Source: the human T2T-CHM13v2.0 reference genome, Homo sapiens
DNA length: 64,000 nucleotides
Assembly (NCBI RefSeq): GCF_009914755.1
Contig: NC_060931.1
Strand: one strand, 5' to 3'
Below are positions 1 to 14,470 of the stretch, piece by piece (the stretch's first letter is position 1; the number at the start of each line of letters is the position of its first letter). The position numbers and the translations under genes were made by a program. The notes beneath the pieces are model-generated. The model worked only from the letters and a program-made list of their open reading frames with translations. It was not told the origin of the DNA and ran no database searches.

Positions 1-279
1 TGTGTGTGTATAATATATATACAACATCAGGTGGTAATGGATTACATGGAAAAAATCTAATCAGTAAAGAAGGATAGGGAGTAATAGAAGCAAAAAGAGT
101 AGGTTAGAATTTTCAATCGATAGAAATATCAGGAGAAGCCTCCTTAAGACAGTTATATTTACCCCCAAAGAAGAAGCAGCTGAGGATAGAAGACATGATA
201 AAATACATTACCAAGAGAGGAGAGAGTAAATGCAAAATCCCTTGTGCCTGGAACGTTTGAGAACTACCGAGAAATAAAT

Positions 280-430
280 CATTGATTATTACTATTATTA
301 TTCAAACTTTTTCAAACATCCTATGACATTATTTTTTGTCCCCATCTTGCAAATAATGAAATGGAAACTTAATAAAGTTACCCAATAAGTTACAATAAGG
401 TTTCCTTCCAAGGAGCCACACTGCTTGCCA
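280..430 (-). mobile_element. MIR SINE relic
   Basis: Degenerate MIR core ('attttttgtccccatcttgcaaataatgaaatggaaacttaataaagttacccaa'); boundaries approximate. Confidence 0.45.
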
Positions 431-435
431 TGAAC

Positions 436-647
436 CAGAGTTTCTAAAGGTGGTGCATATTTTGGGCTAAATAACGTTTTGTTAAAGGGGCGGTGGGACA
501 TATCCTGTGCATCACAGATCCCTGCTACTAGATGCCAGCGACATCCCCCACAACACTCTCATGATAACCAAAAATTTCTCCAGACATTGTTAGATGTCCA
601 CTGTTGAAGTGGAAGGCAGTGAAATCATGTCCATTTGAGAACCACTG
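436..647 (-). mobile_element. MER20 (hAT-Charlie non-autonomous DNA transposon)
   Basis: Matches reverse complement of the recalled MER20 consensus: 'tcctgtgcat...ctactagatgccag...aaccaaaaatttctccagacattg...ttgagaaccactg'. Confidence 0.8.
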
Positions 648-3001
648 TTACAAAGTAATCCAGATGACAGGCAAAGTAGTCATTCTAAATGACTACAAGT
701 GAAGTTAGGTCTTATTGATAAGAAATGACAAATTAGTTGCAGCACAGTGATGATATGTATGCCTGTTAATGGTCATTTTATGTATAATTGGTTGACTCCA
801 CTATAAGGCAATGTGAATCAGCCTTAAAGATAGACCCAAACACCAAATTTATTAGAGTAGGCTTATGCTAAGCATTACTCAACAATATGCATATAAAATT
901 AAAAGCAAGCCATGGAAATTCTGAGCAATTTTACTTAGTTTTAGCTTGAAAATATGTTTCCATGTATTTTATTAGCCTAATTCATTTTATTAAAGAGCAT
1001 AAAATATATTTTATATTCTAAATTTTAGGACAAAGGTATCATTAGATTTTATTGATTTTCCAAATAAGTTCATTTATGTAAAATTAACTCATAATGAGTA
1101 TACACTAGCTTCACAATATCTTGAACTCTTCAACTACAATTTATATACCCTGCAACTAATACAGTTAGTATGCTTTCAAATGCTTTCTATGCCATTTATT
1201 GAAGGTGTGGCTTGGTAATATATTAAGCATGTCTTACGTACCTTAGTAAAAAATGCATAATTGTGGATTAAGGAGGCTCAATTCTCATCATTTAAGCTAA
1301 CATATGCAAGATTTTCCTGCTTTTTAAAGGCATATTTCCATTTTACCACTGGGGCTATCTATGGCTAAATGATAAATGGATACTATCATGGAATAGTTTA
1401 AGCAATGCAGTGGATAAAGCGGCTCTGAGTGCATTCAGGCATGTGTTGAGAGAAGGTGGTTTGGAGGCTCTTTGACTGGCCTTAACCTTTCAAAAGGAGT
1501 TTCTTCCCTGACCTTCTAAGCAGAGCCTACTACCGCTGGGCCAGTAGTATTTACGGCTTTGCTTTCCACCAGGCATTAAGAGCCCTCCTGCCAGATGAAG
1601 ACATATGAGCATGTTAGAGGAGGAATTGTGAACTGGAGCAGTAGTTTAAAACATCATTTGAGCTCATTAAAAATTAGAATATAGTTACAATTCTAATGCT
1701 GTTTAATCAAGCACCAAATCATAAACTCTTTCTAAAAAACATATGCCTCCGAAAATATTTATAGAAAAATACTTACTCTAAACCTACCATATTCCTATGT
1801 ACAGAAAAACAATGAAGCATGTCATTTGTGACTTTAAAATTGTTTTTCAAAGTTCAACATGATTGAGACATACTTCTTAAACTGATTTAAACTGCAAAGT
1901 TTATGAAGTCAAAATCCTATGTGGCAATTATCTTTCTTATATTTTCCAAAATTGGGGTTGACATCTTAATGAAATATATGGATATAAGGTTTCTTTTTCC
2001 CTTTAAAGGATGCATATCCTTTAATTTGAATCCATCTAGTAATGTTACCATTTAGTTATTTCCCCCAAATAGTAAAATCCTAATATTTGAATTAACACAA
2101 CATATTCTTCTCATCTTTTTTACCAAGAAAATTTTTAATCCTAAGTGCTGCTCTTTTTCTTTGTTTGTATTTTACTAGCATTTTCTAGAGAAGAAGAATG
2201 GAGATAAATGGAATTATGTATCGTTAGTGAGGGACTTCACTTATTGAAGATCATTTCCTTAATATGCCAAAAGCTGACATTTTAAGTAAAACAATTTGCC
2301 TATTTTTATTACAGATTTTTGGATTAATAAAATACAAGGAGAAATTCTATGCAAGTGGTGAAAAGAAAATAGAATTTTGAACAAGGGGAACATTTTTGTT
2401 GCTATATAGTTTTATGAGGTACTATACATTCCAATGACTCACATAAGTCCAGGAATTCAAGCATGGCATAGTAAGTTCAGATAAGATCCACAAGTGAATA
2501 ACTAATTTTTTAAGCAAGTGCAGCTTATATTACTATTGCAATAAACATAGTTATTACCAGCAGGGCAAAGCAATTTAGCAGCCTTTTTATTAAACTCTCT
2601 TCCCATGTTCTTACCTTTTAAAACACATGTAAACAAATGAGAGATATTTTCATAACAGACTGCACACATACTATTTTTCTTTCTTTTTATTTTTCTTTTT
2701 TTTTTTAACAGTCCACAGCCTTGTGTTTATTCTGAAAGAAAGAGTTCAAATCTGAGGTGCTTTTGGCAATTAATGAGACTCTTTCTTGATAAAGGTGCTT
2801 AGCAGTTTCATTTAAGATGCTAAATTGCAAATTATTCAAGACTAAAGAATGCGATAAGTCAGAGCTTTTGTTTTTGTGCATGTATTTTTCTTTTTTGCCA
2901 GTATTGCAAAATTAATGTAAACAGAGTTAATCAAGACTTTAAGACAGAGAAACACACTTTAACTTTCTGTCATGGTATTGTTCCAATGAATATAAAAGAG
3001 T

Positions 3002-3011
3002 ATGTGTGTAT

Positions 3012-3052
<41 letters not shown>
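3002..3052. repeat. (TG)n microsatellite
   Basis: About 19 perfect TG units with a degenerate 5' flank. Confidence 0.97.
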
Positions 3053-3054
<2 letters not shown>

Positions 3055-3134
3055 TTGAGAAAGATAGAGAAACAGAGAAAGTTAAGTTTCCCAAAATGCT
3101 CTGTAAAGTATTGGTGTAGGATAAAGACATTCAA

Positions 3135-6100
3135 ATAAAATAACACTGCAATTGCAAATATATATACACCCCACACTGGAACACTCAAATATATAAGATA
3201 AATATTATAAATATTATTAGATCTAAAGGGAGAGACAGATTACAATACAGTAATAGTAGGGGACTTCAATACTCCACATTCAACAATGAACAGATTATCT
3301 AGACAGAAGACCAACAATGAAACATCAAAGATAACCTATACTGTAGACCAAAAGGACCTTAAAGACATTTACAGACCATTTCATTCAACAATTGTAGGGT
3401 ACACATTCTTTTCAACTACACATGGAACATTCTCCAGAATAGATCATACATTAGGCCACAGATCAAGTCTTAAAAAAATTTAAGAAGATGGAGATTATAT
3501 CAAGTATCAAAGGTATGGATCTGGAAATCAACAACAGTGTCATATACTTTACACATACATGGAAATTAAACAATGCACTCAAAAAATAACCAATGGGTCA
3601 ATTTTATTATTTTAAAAATTTATTGAGACAAATTAGAATAGAAACTCATCGTATTAAAACCAATGAGCCACAACAAAAGCAGTTATAGGAGGGAAGTTCA
3701 TAGCAATAAATGCCTATGTCATAAAAGAAGAAAGATTTCTAAAAACACAACCTCATGATGTGTCTTAAAGAACTGGAAAAAGAGAAACAAGCTAAACCTG
3801 AAATTTGTACAAGGAAGGAAATTATAAGGCTCAGAGCAGAAATAAATTAAATGGACCTCCAAATTTCAAAAGACCCCAAAAATGAAGAATTAGATTTTTC
3901 TGAAAAGATAAAGAAAATGGATAAACCTTTAGCTGGACTAACTAAGAAAAAAGAGAGTGAAGACTCAAATCTCAAGTAAGTAAAATCAGAAACAACAAGG
4001 GAGATGTTACAACTGATACCACACAAGTACAGAGGATTATAAAAGACTATTATAACTAGCGATATGCCAAAAAAATAATAACAGAACAAATGGATGAATT
4101 CCTGAACACACACAACCTACCAAGATTAAATTACAAGGATATAGAAAATCTGAACGGACTAATAATGAGAAAACTGAATCAATATTAAAATGTCTTCCAT
4201 CAAGGTAAAGCCCAGAACCTGATGGCTTTACTGCTGAATTCTATCAAACATTTAAAGAAGAACTATTACTAATTATTTTTTCAAATTATTCTAGGAAATT
4301 AAAGAGAATACAATACTTCCAAACTAATTTTTAGAGTCCCACATTATCCTGATTCCAAAACCAGACAAAAATACAACAGCAAAACTATAGGCTAATACCT
4401 TCAATGAGCAAAGATGCAAAAATTCTCAATGAGATATAAGCTAACTGAATTCAATAGCACATTGAAAAGATCATTCACGATGATCAAATGGGATTCATTC
4501 AAGGGATGCAAGGATGGTTCAAGAAATGCAAATTAATATATGTGATACCCTGCATTAACAGAAAAAAAGACAAAGGCCACATGATAATTTCAATAGATAG
4601 AGAAAAGGCATTTGATAAAACTGAATATCTTTTATGGTGAAAAACTCTCAAAATATTAGATACAGAAATTATGTACCTCAACATGATAAACGCCATGTAT
4701 CACAAACCCACAGTTACCATTATACTAAATGAGAAAAAGTAAAAGCTTTTTCTATAAGATCAGGAAAAAGACAAGGATGCCTACTTTTACCACTTCTAAT
4801 CAAGAGAGTACTGGAAGTTCTAGCCAGAGCAATTAGGTAAGAGGAAGAAATGAAAGGCATCTAAACTGGGAAGAAGGAACTCAAATTACCCTTTTGCAGA
4901 TGCAAAACTCCACCAAAAAACTGTTAGAACAAATAAATGAATTCAGTAAATTTGCAGGATACAAAAATCAACATATAAAATTTTATATCATTTCTGTATG
5001 CTCATAGTGAACTATCTGAAAAAGAAATCAAGATAACACTTCAATTTACAATAACTACAAAAAAAATTCTTTAGGAATAAACCTAAAGAAATTGAAGAGG
5101 ACACACAAAAAAATGGAAAGATGTTTTGTGTTGATGGGTTGGAAGAATTAATATTGTTAAAATAGCCATATCACCCAAAGCTACCTATAGATTCATTGCA
5201 ATCCCTCTCAAAATACCAACAAAATTCTTTATATAAATAGAAAAAAAACTATCCTAAAATTTACATGAAACAACAAAGGACTCCAAATAGCCAAAGCAAT
5301 CTCCAGTAAAAAGCCGGAGGCATCGGCATCACACTACCTGACTTCAAAATATACTACACTACAAAGCTATAGTAACCAAAACAGCATGGTACTGGCACAA
5401 AAATGCATAAACTAATGGAATGGAATTGAGAGCCAAGAAATAAATTCTCACACCTACATCCAACAGATTTTCAATAAAGGTGCTAAGAGAACACACTCTG
5501 GGGGAAAGATGGTCTCTTCAATAAGGGGTGCTGGAAAATCAAATATTCACATGCAGAAGAATGAGACCCAATCCCTACTCTCACCATATATAAAAATCAA
5601 CTCAAAATGGATGAAAATTTAAATGTAAAACCCCAAATTATGGAATTACTACGGGAAAATGCTTCACAATGTTGAACCAGAGAAGGATCTTTTAAGACCT
5701 CAAAAGCACAGGCAACAGTAAAAATAGACTAATAGAATTACATCAAACTTAAAAGCTTTTGCACAGCAAGGGAAACAACACAGTGATGAGACAACCTACA
5801 GAATGGGAGAAATTATTTACAAACTATGTATCTGACATGGAATTAATGTTTAGAATATGGAAGAAACTTAGCAGCAAAAAAACACATAACCTGATTTTAA
5901 AATTGGTTTAAAAAAACCCTTAAAAGGCATTTCTCAGATAAAGAAATACAAATGACAAACAGGTATTAATATATTAAAATGCTCACCATTACTAATCATC
6001 AGGAAAATGCAAATCAAGACCGCAATGATATACTACCTCAATCTAGTTAGAATGCCCATTAGAAAAAAAAAATGATAGAAAAAAACTGTTGGCAAAAATA

Positions 6101-6898
6101 TAGAGAAAAAGGAACACACACACACTGTTGATGAAACTGTGAAGCAGTATAGCCATTATGGAAACCAGTATCAAAGTTCCTCAAAAAATTAAGAATAGAA
6201 CTACCATATAATCTGGCAATCCCATATTAGGTATATATTCAAAGGAAATGAAATCAGTATGTTGAAGAGTTATCTTCATTTCCGTGTTTATTGTAGCACT
6301 GCATACAATATCCAAGATATGGAATCGACGTAAGTGTTCAACGACGGGTGAGTACATAAAGAAATTCAGTATATATACACTATGGAATACTATTTAGCCA
6401 TAAAAATAAAACTTTGTGATTTGTGACAACATGGGTGAACATGGAGGACATCAGGTAACGTGAAATAAGCTAAACAAGGAAATACAAAGACCACATAATC
6501 TCACTCATATATGGAATCTAAAAAAAGTTTATATCATAGAAGTAAAGATTTGAACAGTAGTTACCAGAGACTGGGGAGAGAAGGGAGAATGGGAGAATGG
6601 GGAGATGTTGGTCAATGTATACAAAGTTAAAATTAGATGGAAGGAATAATTTCTGGTGTTCTATTGTAGAGTAGGGCGACTAACGTTAACAGTAAAGTAT
6701 TGCACACTACAAAATAACTAGAAGACAGGTTTTTGAATGTTCTCACCACAAATAAATGATAAATGCATGAGGTAATGAATACACTAATCACCCCGACTCG
6801 ATTATTGTGTAACATACACATGTACGGAAACATCAGATTGTACCTATAAATATGTATAATTACAATGTGTCATTTAAAAATTAAAAAAAATTAAAAAG
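3135..6898 (+). mobile_element. LINE-1, old L1MA-type, 5'-truncated; disrupted ORF2 (endonuclease tail, RT, C-terminus) plus 3'UTR and A-rich tail
   Basis: ORF 3286-3483 has endonuclease motifs (YTFFSTTHGTFSRIDHTLGH); RT-region DNA ('cccagaacctgatggctttactgctgaattctatcaaacatttaaagaag', 'caaggatgcctacttttaccac'); L1MA-like 3'UTR ending 'tacaatgtgtcatttaaaaattaaaaaaaaa'; many stops and frameshifts. Confidence 0.95.
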
Positions 6899-8537
6899 AA
6901 GTCTTTCACTAAAGATATTTTTTAGTTACCGATCCCTCCTTATTATACAAATCACTAAGAAAAGAAACAAACATCTTTGAGTGTATTGGCACACTGGCAC
7001 AAACATTAGTTATCTAAATATGTTTGAGTATTTGGGGAAAAAAGGGAATAGCACTGGCATTCCAAGAAGTTAATTTGCTACATGCATTAGGGCATAAGCA
7101 CTATTTCTGGGAGGAGAGGAGAGATGATTAGCCCTTAAAATCTGGCATAAATGTAAGCTGTCAAATTACCAAATGCATCCAGACAAAGACTACCTTCCAA
7201 AAGATGGACAAAGGAATGAACTAAAGTAATGAGGTATGACTGACATTTCATACTGGGATTCATCATGTTGTCACTTTAACAATCAAAAGTTGACTCTCTT
7301 GAGTATACGTTGATAATTGTTCAATTGCTGGTCGATTAGCTTCTACAATTTATCTTAGAATAAACAAGAGGAGATGTGGCAGTATTCTGTCCAGCACCAC
7401 CTTTAGCATATTTACAACCCTAACTGACCTTATTAAACATAGGCGAACCATCTCTAATTGCAGGCTTTTAGCTTGGAAGTTGAATGGTCAGAAATAATGG
7501 TGCTTGACCCATCAATTGACTACATAATTTGAACTTATCCATAAATACAATAAAAGCAACATCTTTCACAGTTTAACCTATTCACCTACTTCTATAACAT
7601 TGTCACAGTTATTCATGAAAAAGAAAAAAAAACCACCTAGAATAGTTTCAAGGTGATTCAAATATTAACTAGGAGTCTGAACAAAAGTTCCTCAATTAAG
7701 GACACTGTCACCTTTAAATAAGCCTGTCTACAATATTTTGAGTACTGCTAATATACTCTAATAAATGAGCATGATATAAAAAATACTGTCTAAGGAAAAA
7801 AGTACAATATTTAAAGAGACTGAATCATCTTTCTCTTTATTGCATTATAACCTTGTATATGAATTCAACTAAACCTTGAAGTATAATTTATTTTTGTCCA
7901 AATATAAAGCACTCAGAAATGTTTTTCCTTTGTTAGGTTAATATCCTCAAAGTTGATATCCTTTCAGATAGTATAGGGCTTTGCTCCTGATTTGCCAATG
8001 AAGGTAGGCAATCAGTGCAATTACAGTTCAGTGACACTTTTGTGGTATGGAGAGATGTAGCTATTATTTTATTTAATACCTGGAAAAATTAATTATCTAT
8101 TTCACTAAAAAGGTTTCCAAATCATTTCCAAATGCAGACACTATTTTTCTGTAAGCCTCACCTTTTCATTTCTGACTCTATTTCGGTGCATCTACCATGA
8201 GAATAAAAAAAAGCTGTTAAAGATAAAAAGATCCTCAAATACGCACTGAACTTCTATCATGTGCCTTGCACTATACTTTAGCTCCTTCTGAAAATAAAGA
8301 AAAATATGAGATAATTATGTGAAATATTCAAGGCTCAAGAGGCAAAATCAGTTATAAAGAAATATTTTGATATTTTAAAAACATTTAAAATATTCTAATA
8401 AACTCTCTAACACATGCATTTTACTTTTATTCTTAATTTGGTGAATGTCTTTATAAACACAAATTAGTATGTAAATACATCCCAAATTGCAATAACTTAT
8501 TCACAGTGATTCATGAAAAAAAGGAAATAATTTTTAT

Positions 8538-9108
8538 TATACCTAGTTTTCTTAGTTTTATTGTGTACCAAATGACTCCACAATGTAGTGGCTTGAAACA
8601 ACCCTTTAAATTGTATCCATAGATTCTGTAGGTCAGGAACTCAGGGCATAACGGGAGTGTTTTATCTATGCTCCCTGGTAGCAGGGGTTTCAGCCAGAAA
8701 GAGTCTAACATTGTGAGTAACTTGATGGCTGAGGCTAGAAAGATCTGAAGTTCATTCACTTATATGTCTGGCACCTGGGCTGGGATAACAGGAACACCAA
8801 GACTGCTGTTCAGAAGACCTGCATGTAGTACTTTTATATGGCTTGGCTTCTTCACAGCCTGGTGTCCTAAGAGTAGTAAGTCTTCTGACATAGCAGTTCA
8901 GGGCTCCAATTGTGAATATTACAGGAATCAACGCAGAAGGCGCATCACCTGTTTTGATCCAGCCACAAAAGTCACACATCACTTTTACTACACTCTAGTG
9001 TGTGAAACAGTCACAAGCACACCTGAATTAAAGGGAATGGGACACAGACCTTACCTATCTGTAGATGTGTTAAAGTATTTGGGAAGCATGGTTTAAGACT
9101 GCCACACA
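8538..9108 (-). mobile_element. MLT1-family solo LTR (ERVL-MaLR)
   Basis: Antisense MLT1 motifs 'tagtggcttgaaacaac...attctgtaggtcaggaa' and 'gtcacacatcacttttactacactctag...cacagaccttacct'. Confidence 0.75.
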
Positions 9109-9434
9109 CCTGTGCTCCCAGAAATGATTATTCATAGTGCCCTCTTGCAGTCACAATAAATTATATGGTCACCCTATGTATGACTAAAACACTTCTAGAA
9201 AACTGATCATTTGATAATTAATTTTTTAAAATATATGCTCTCAGAGGTGTTTATGGCATATTTGTTTTTAATAAGAGGTTTATTATTCTCAAGAAATGGT
9301 ACTGCAAATTAATGTCTGTATTTACATCCATATTGCTATCTATCTATCCATCTAACTCTCTATCCATCATCTATCATCTATCGATTTAGTATTCAGTATT
9401 TTCCTTGAATTGATTAATTCAGTTAGTAAAAGTT

Positions 9435-10931
9435 TTTTATTATTATTATTATGCTTTAAGTTCTGAGATACATGTGCAGAACGTGCAGGTTTTTTACATA
9501 GGTATATACGTGCCATGGTGGTTTGCTGCACCCATCAACCCGTCATCAACATCAGGTATTTCTCCTAATGCTATCCCTCCCCTTGCCCCCCACCCTGCAA
9601 CAGGCCCCATTGTGTGATGTTCCCCTCCTTGTGCCCATATGTTTTCATTGTTCATCTCCCAATTATGAGTGAAAACATGCAGTATTTGGTTTTCTGTTCC
9701 CATGTTAGTTTGCTGAGAATGATGGTTTCCAGCTTCATCCATGTCCCTGCAAAGGACATGAATTCATTCTTTATTATGACTGCATAGTATTCTATAGTGT
9801 ATATGAGGCACATTTTCTTTATCCAGTCTATCATTGATGGGCATTTGGGTTGGTTCCAAGCCTTTGCTACTGCAAGTAGTGCTGCAAAAAACATATGTGT
9901 GCATGTGTCTTTATAGCAGAATAACTTAAAATCTTTTGGGTATATACCCAGTAATGGGATGTCTGGGTCAAATGGTATTACTAGTTCTAGATCCTTGAGG
10001 AATAGCCACACTGTCTTCCACAATGGTTGAACTAATTTGCACTCCCATCAACAGTGTAGAAGCATTCCTACTTCTCCACATCCTCTCCAGCATCTGTTGT
10101 TTCCTGCCTTTTTAATAATTGTTATTCTAACTGGTGTGAGATGGTATCTCATTGTGTTTTTGATTTGCTTTTCTCTAATGACTAGTAATGATGAGATTTT
10201 TTAATGTTTGCTGCATAAATGTCTTCTTTTGAAAAGTGTCTCTTCATATCCTTTGCCCACTTTTTGATGGGGTTGGTTTTTTCTTGTAAATTTGTTTAAG
10301 TTTTTTCATAGATTCTGGATATTAGCCCTTTGTCAGATGGATAGATTGCAAAATTTTTCTCCAATTCTGTAGGTTGCCTGTTCACTCTGATGATAGTTTC
10401 TTTTGCTGTGCAGAAGCTCTTTAGTTTAATTAGATCCCATTTGTCAATTTTGGCTTTTGTTGCCATTGCTTTTGGTGTTTTAGTCATGAAATCTTTGCTC
10501 ATGCCTATGTCCTGAATGGTATTGCCTAGGTTTTCTTCTAGGGTTTTTATGGTTTTAGGTCTTATGTTTAAGTCTTTAATCCATCTTGAATTAATTTTTG
10601 TATTAGGTGTAAGGAAGGGGTCCAGTTTCAGCTTTCTGCATATGGCCAGCCAGTTTTCCCAACACCATTTATTAAATAGGGAATCCTTTCCCCATTGCTT
10701 GTTTTTGTTAGGTTTGTCAAAGATCAGATGGTTGTAGATGTGTGGTGTTATTTCTGAGGCCTCTGTTCTTTTCCACTGGTCTATATATCTGTTTTGGTAC
10801 CAGTACCATGCTGTTTTGGTTACTGTAGCCTTGTAGTATAGTTTGAAGTCAGGTAGCATGATGCCTCTAATTTTGCTCTTTTTGCTTAGGATTGTCTTGG
10901 CTCTATGGGCTCTTTTGTGGTTCCATATGAA
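9435..10931 (-). mobile_element. LINE-1 L1PA (about L1PA7/8), 5'-truncated 1.5 kb
   Basis: Antisense L1PA 3'UTR ('ctttaagttctgagatacatgtgcagaacgtgcagg') and ORF2 C-terminal peptides; 10-bp TSD 'agtaaaagtt' at 9425-9434 and 10932-10941. Confidence 0.97.
10296..10859 (-). pseudogene. L1 ORF2p C-terminal remnant (187-aa open stretch inside the truncated L1PA)
   Basis: [23 protein letters not shown]...[25 protein letters not shown] is canonical L1 ORF2p; no promoter, endonuclease or RT portion present. Confidence 0.9.
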
Positions 10932-13012
10932 AGTAAAAGTTGTTAAACATTTCCTTCATATACACAGACAAGAAATATACCAAATTTTCAACAACTAAAC
11001 CATCCAGACAATCTGGACACTTAGTACAAAACACAAATCACCTATGCAGTTATTCAACTCAAACTTGCTAAGAGCATCAGCTATGCGCTCCAATCAAAGC
11101 ATTGAGCTATCATGTAGAAAAAAAGAATTTTCTGTTGTATTAAGTGGTATTATAACTCACACACATAGTTTTTATGAGCCTTTTATTTTTATTGTTCACA
11201 AGGGTCATCAATTAGTAAATGCTGCTTGTGTTCCTCAGAATGTGGTAATTTCTAACCAGGACTTCCATAATTCTTGCAAGGTGGCACACTACATATGACT
11301 CAAAGGAAACTTATTCTCAGCTTGGCAGTCACACACAATTAACCTGAATATAACTTATACAGGTTTAACTCCTGTTTTATTTCTGATTGATAGGATTCAC
11401 AATTGTTATGCTAACAAAATGCACAAGAAATTAAACATTTGAAATGATACCTGAAAATGTTTGCCAACCATATATATGTATAATGTCTGTAATAAGGAAA
11501 ATGGCAGACATTTGTTTAATAAGTACAATTTCAACTAGCCATCGGTATTCATTTTCTACTAAAACACCCACCCTCACCTCAATGTTTGTTCACTCACAGT
11601 AATATCTGTAACTATATCTATTCTCTCTCACCAGTTTAATACTTTTACATTTCATTTATTATTACCTCCCATTATATCCTAGTATTTCACTTTGCTTATT
11701 TAATTATAATTGGATAAATAGAAAATAAATAGCATGGCATCTTCAGTCATATAAAAACATAAAACAATAAAACACACAAACTGTCTCTTGAATATTCCAA
11801 ATTCCATGTGTGCTTGTTATTTGCTCACTATATAAGTTTGCACATTTTTATCTTGGTTCAAATTTTTCCCTCTATATGGAAGTGTCCTTTGGTGTTCCTT
11901 GGTTTTCTAGAGGGGAACATTAATCATTACAAATTAATAAGCTAGAATTATAATTTTAATAAGTCACAAGTTACTGTTGTTGCCTTCAGTCAAAGCTGTA
12001 GTTTGGGATCATTTTGTGTGATCAGAGGATTAGATCCTGGGCTCTGAGGTAATACCGCCAACTAAGTAACATCTTGTCAAAAGCAATGGCTTCCTTTGTG
12101 TTGTCATCTCTATGTATCAATACTCAAACTGCTACAACAAATCAGAAGCATGTGTTTTGGGAATATATAGCCAATCTTTGGAAATAATTTTTTACTTAGA
12201 CACTTCCTCATGTGCTTTACTCATCATCCACATATTCTTTTTAGTAACTCCTCAGTTACTTATTACACACAGAATAAAATCCAGTCTCTGCCATTATAAG
12301 CCTAAAAAGCCATGTGTGTGTTGTTATAGTTTATCTTGCTTGTTAATATTTTTAAATAGTTTTACCATTTGTCTCCATGAATTGACTACAATCTCCACAA
12401 AAACTAGGACTTTTCAGAGTTGTTTATTGTCTTATCCCTAGTTCTAAATTAGTACCTGTTTTGTGGAAAGAAATACGTATTATTTACATTAATTAATCAA
12501 CAATGTGTAGGCCAACTCAAAAGAAGATCAAGGCTCTATTACCTTTAGGGACTGCTCATCTGTCAGAAGCAAAAACATATTAATTTGTTTGTTTTTTGAG
12601 TGTATAATGGAAAAAGTTGATTATGTATGGCAAATAAAGCTTATGGCTGGCTGAAAAGACACTGGGCCAGATTTTCAAAGGAATTAAGTAGAAGAATATG
12701 TGTGCTCAGTCAAGTTAAAAATATGGCTAGCATTATCGTTATAAAATCAATCTTGTGCTAATGTTCCCAAGAATCAAACAGTCGCTATTTAAGGGCACTT
12801 CTTGCAGATATTTGATAATAAATTGAGCTTTGATGACAGTATTTGCGAAAAATTTATTTAGGCATTTAATGTTATGATAACATGAAAAAAGGTGATATCA
12901 CACATTAAGAAGACAGAGCTAAGCTTAGAGCTAACACACACACAAAATTTAGCTGGTTCTGATGCATGCATGAGATTGAAGTGAGAAAAACGGAAAAAAA
13001 AATAAAATAAGA

Positions 13013-13312
13013 GGCCAGGCGTGGTGGCTTACACCTGTAATCCCAGCACTTTGGGAGACCGAGGCGGGCAGATCTCGAGGTCAGGAGATCGAGACCATCC
13101 TGACTAACACGGAGAAACCCCGTCTCCACTAAAAATACAAAAACTTAGCCAGGTGTGATGGTGCGTGCCTGTAGTCCCAGGTACTGGGAAGGCTGAGGCA
13201 GGAGAATAGCTTGAACCTGCGAGGCGGAGGTTGCAGTGAGCTGAAATGGTGCCACTAAACACCAGACTGGGTGACAGAGTAAGACTGTGTCTCAAAAGCA
13301 AAAAGGAAAAGA
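13013..13312 (+). mobile_element. Alu SINE (AluSc/Y-like)
   Basis: Dimeric Alu 'ggccaggcgtggtggc...gagatcgagaccatcctg...actaaaaatacaaaaa...gtctcaaaa'. Confidence 0.97.
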
Positions 13313-13532
13313 CAAACACGAAGTCCAGCTCAAGAGCCCAAGAGACTATCTCTTAGAGTGGTTATGTTCACAGAATGCGAAAACCAGTTCAAGAAAGAGC
13401 CAACTTTATATAGAAGATAATTAATTTAGCTTAGAATTATTGATTTTAGGGGGAATATTCAGGTGGCAATATTCCATTGGGAACTGAAAATATTTGACTG
13501 CTCTTGGGTGTTGGACTAAAGATACACATAGC

Positions 13533-14208
13533 TGTTATAGTAAAATTTCAAAAGATGTGCTCCCCTACCCTTCCCTATAAGATGCCTGTTCCCTGGTTAT
13601 TTAATGAAACAGTGATCTAGGTATTGTAGTAAAGAGTTTGAAGATAGAATGAAGGTTGCTAATCAGTTTCATCTTGAGATAGGAAGAATATTCTGGATTA
13701 CCCCAGTAGACCTAGCATACTTACATGAGCTACTAAAAGCAGAAGTCAGAAGAGTTAGAGAAATTTAACTGAAGAGAGAGGCAGAGGAGAGTTGAAGCAC
13801 AAGGGGAGGTCAGAAAGGTTTGAGACATTAGAATGACTCAATCTACTGTTGCTGACTTTGAGTATGAAGGAAGAAGGTCATATTGCAAGGAATGAGAAAG
13901 GCCTCTAAAAGATGAAAGTGACCCTACCCAACAGCTAGCAAGGAAATGAGAACGTCAGTCCCACAATTGCATGGAACTGAATTCTGACAACAAACTAAAT
14001 GTGCTTAGAAGCTGGTTCATCCCAGAGCTTCCAAGAAAAAAACAACCATGCTGACACATTGATTTTGTGAAGTCAAGAGCAAAGAACAAGCTGATCCACA
14101 TTATGCTTAGATTCCTGACCTACAGAACTCTGAGACAATAAAACTGTGTTGTTTTAATCCCCTAAATTTGTAGTAATTTATTATGGCAGCAATAGGAAAT
14201 TAATAAGA
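13533..14208 (+). mobile_element. MLT1-family solo LTR (MLT1E-like)
   Basis: 'tctggattaccccag...gcaaggaaatgagaacgtcagtcc...ctgacctacagaactctgagacaataaa...ttatggcagcaataggaaattaataaga'. Confidence 0.85.
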
Positions 14209-14307
14209 CTGTTAACACAGAAGTAATTCAATGAAGATCACTGAAGTGATAATGTAACTGAAGCACATAGAAAAGAGAGAAGAATTTATCGCTTAAAATT
14301 AAGCTTT

Positions 14308-14470
14308 GCTGGATGCAATGGCTCATGCCTGTATTCCCAGCTGCTTGGGAGGCTGAGGTGGGGAGAATCACCCGAGCCCAGGAGTTTCAAGCTGCAGTGA
14401 GTCACATTCGTGCCACTGCACTTCAGCTTAGGTAAGAGAGATCCTGTCTCTAAAATAATAATCATAATAA
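14308..14470 (+). mobile_element. Free left Alu monomer (FLAM-like)
   Basis: Single Alu arm with an (AAT)-type tail; TSD 'taagcttt' at 14300-14307 and 14471-14478. Confidence 0.85.

Noticed and set aside
9652-10859. ORFs of 123 and 187 aa as functional genes
   Set aside because: They are fragments of L1 ORF2 inside a 5'-truncated element bounded by TSDs
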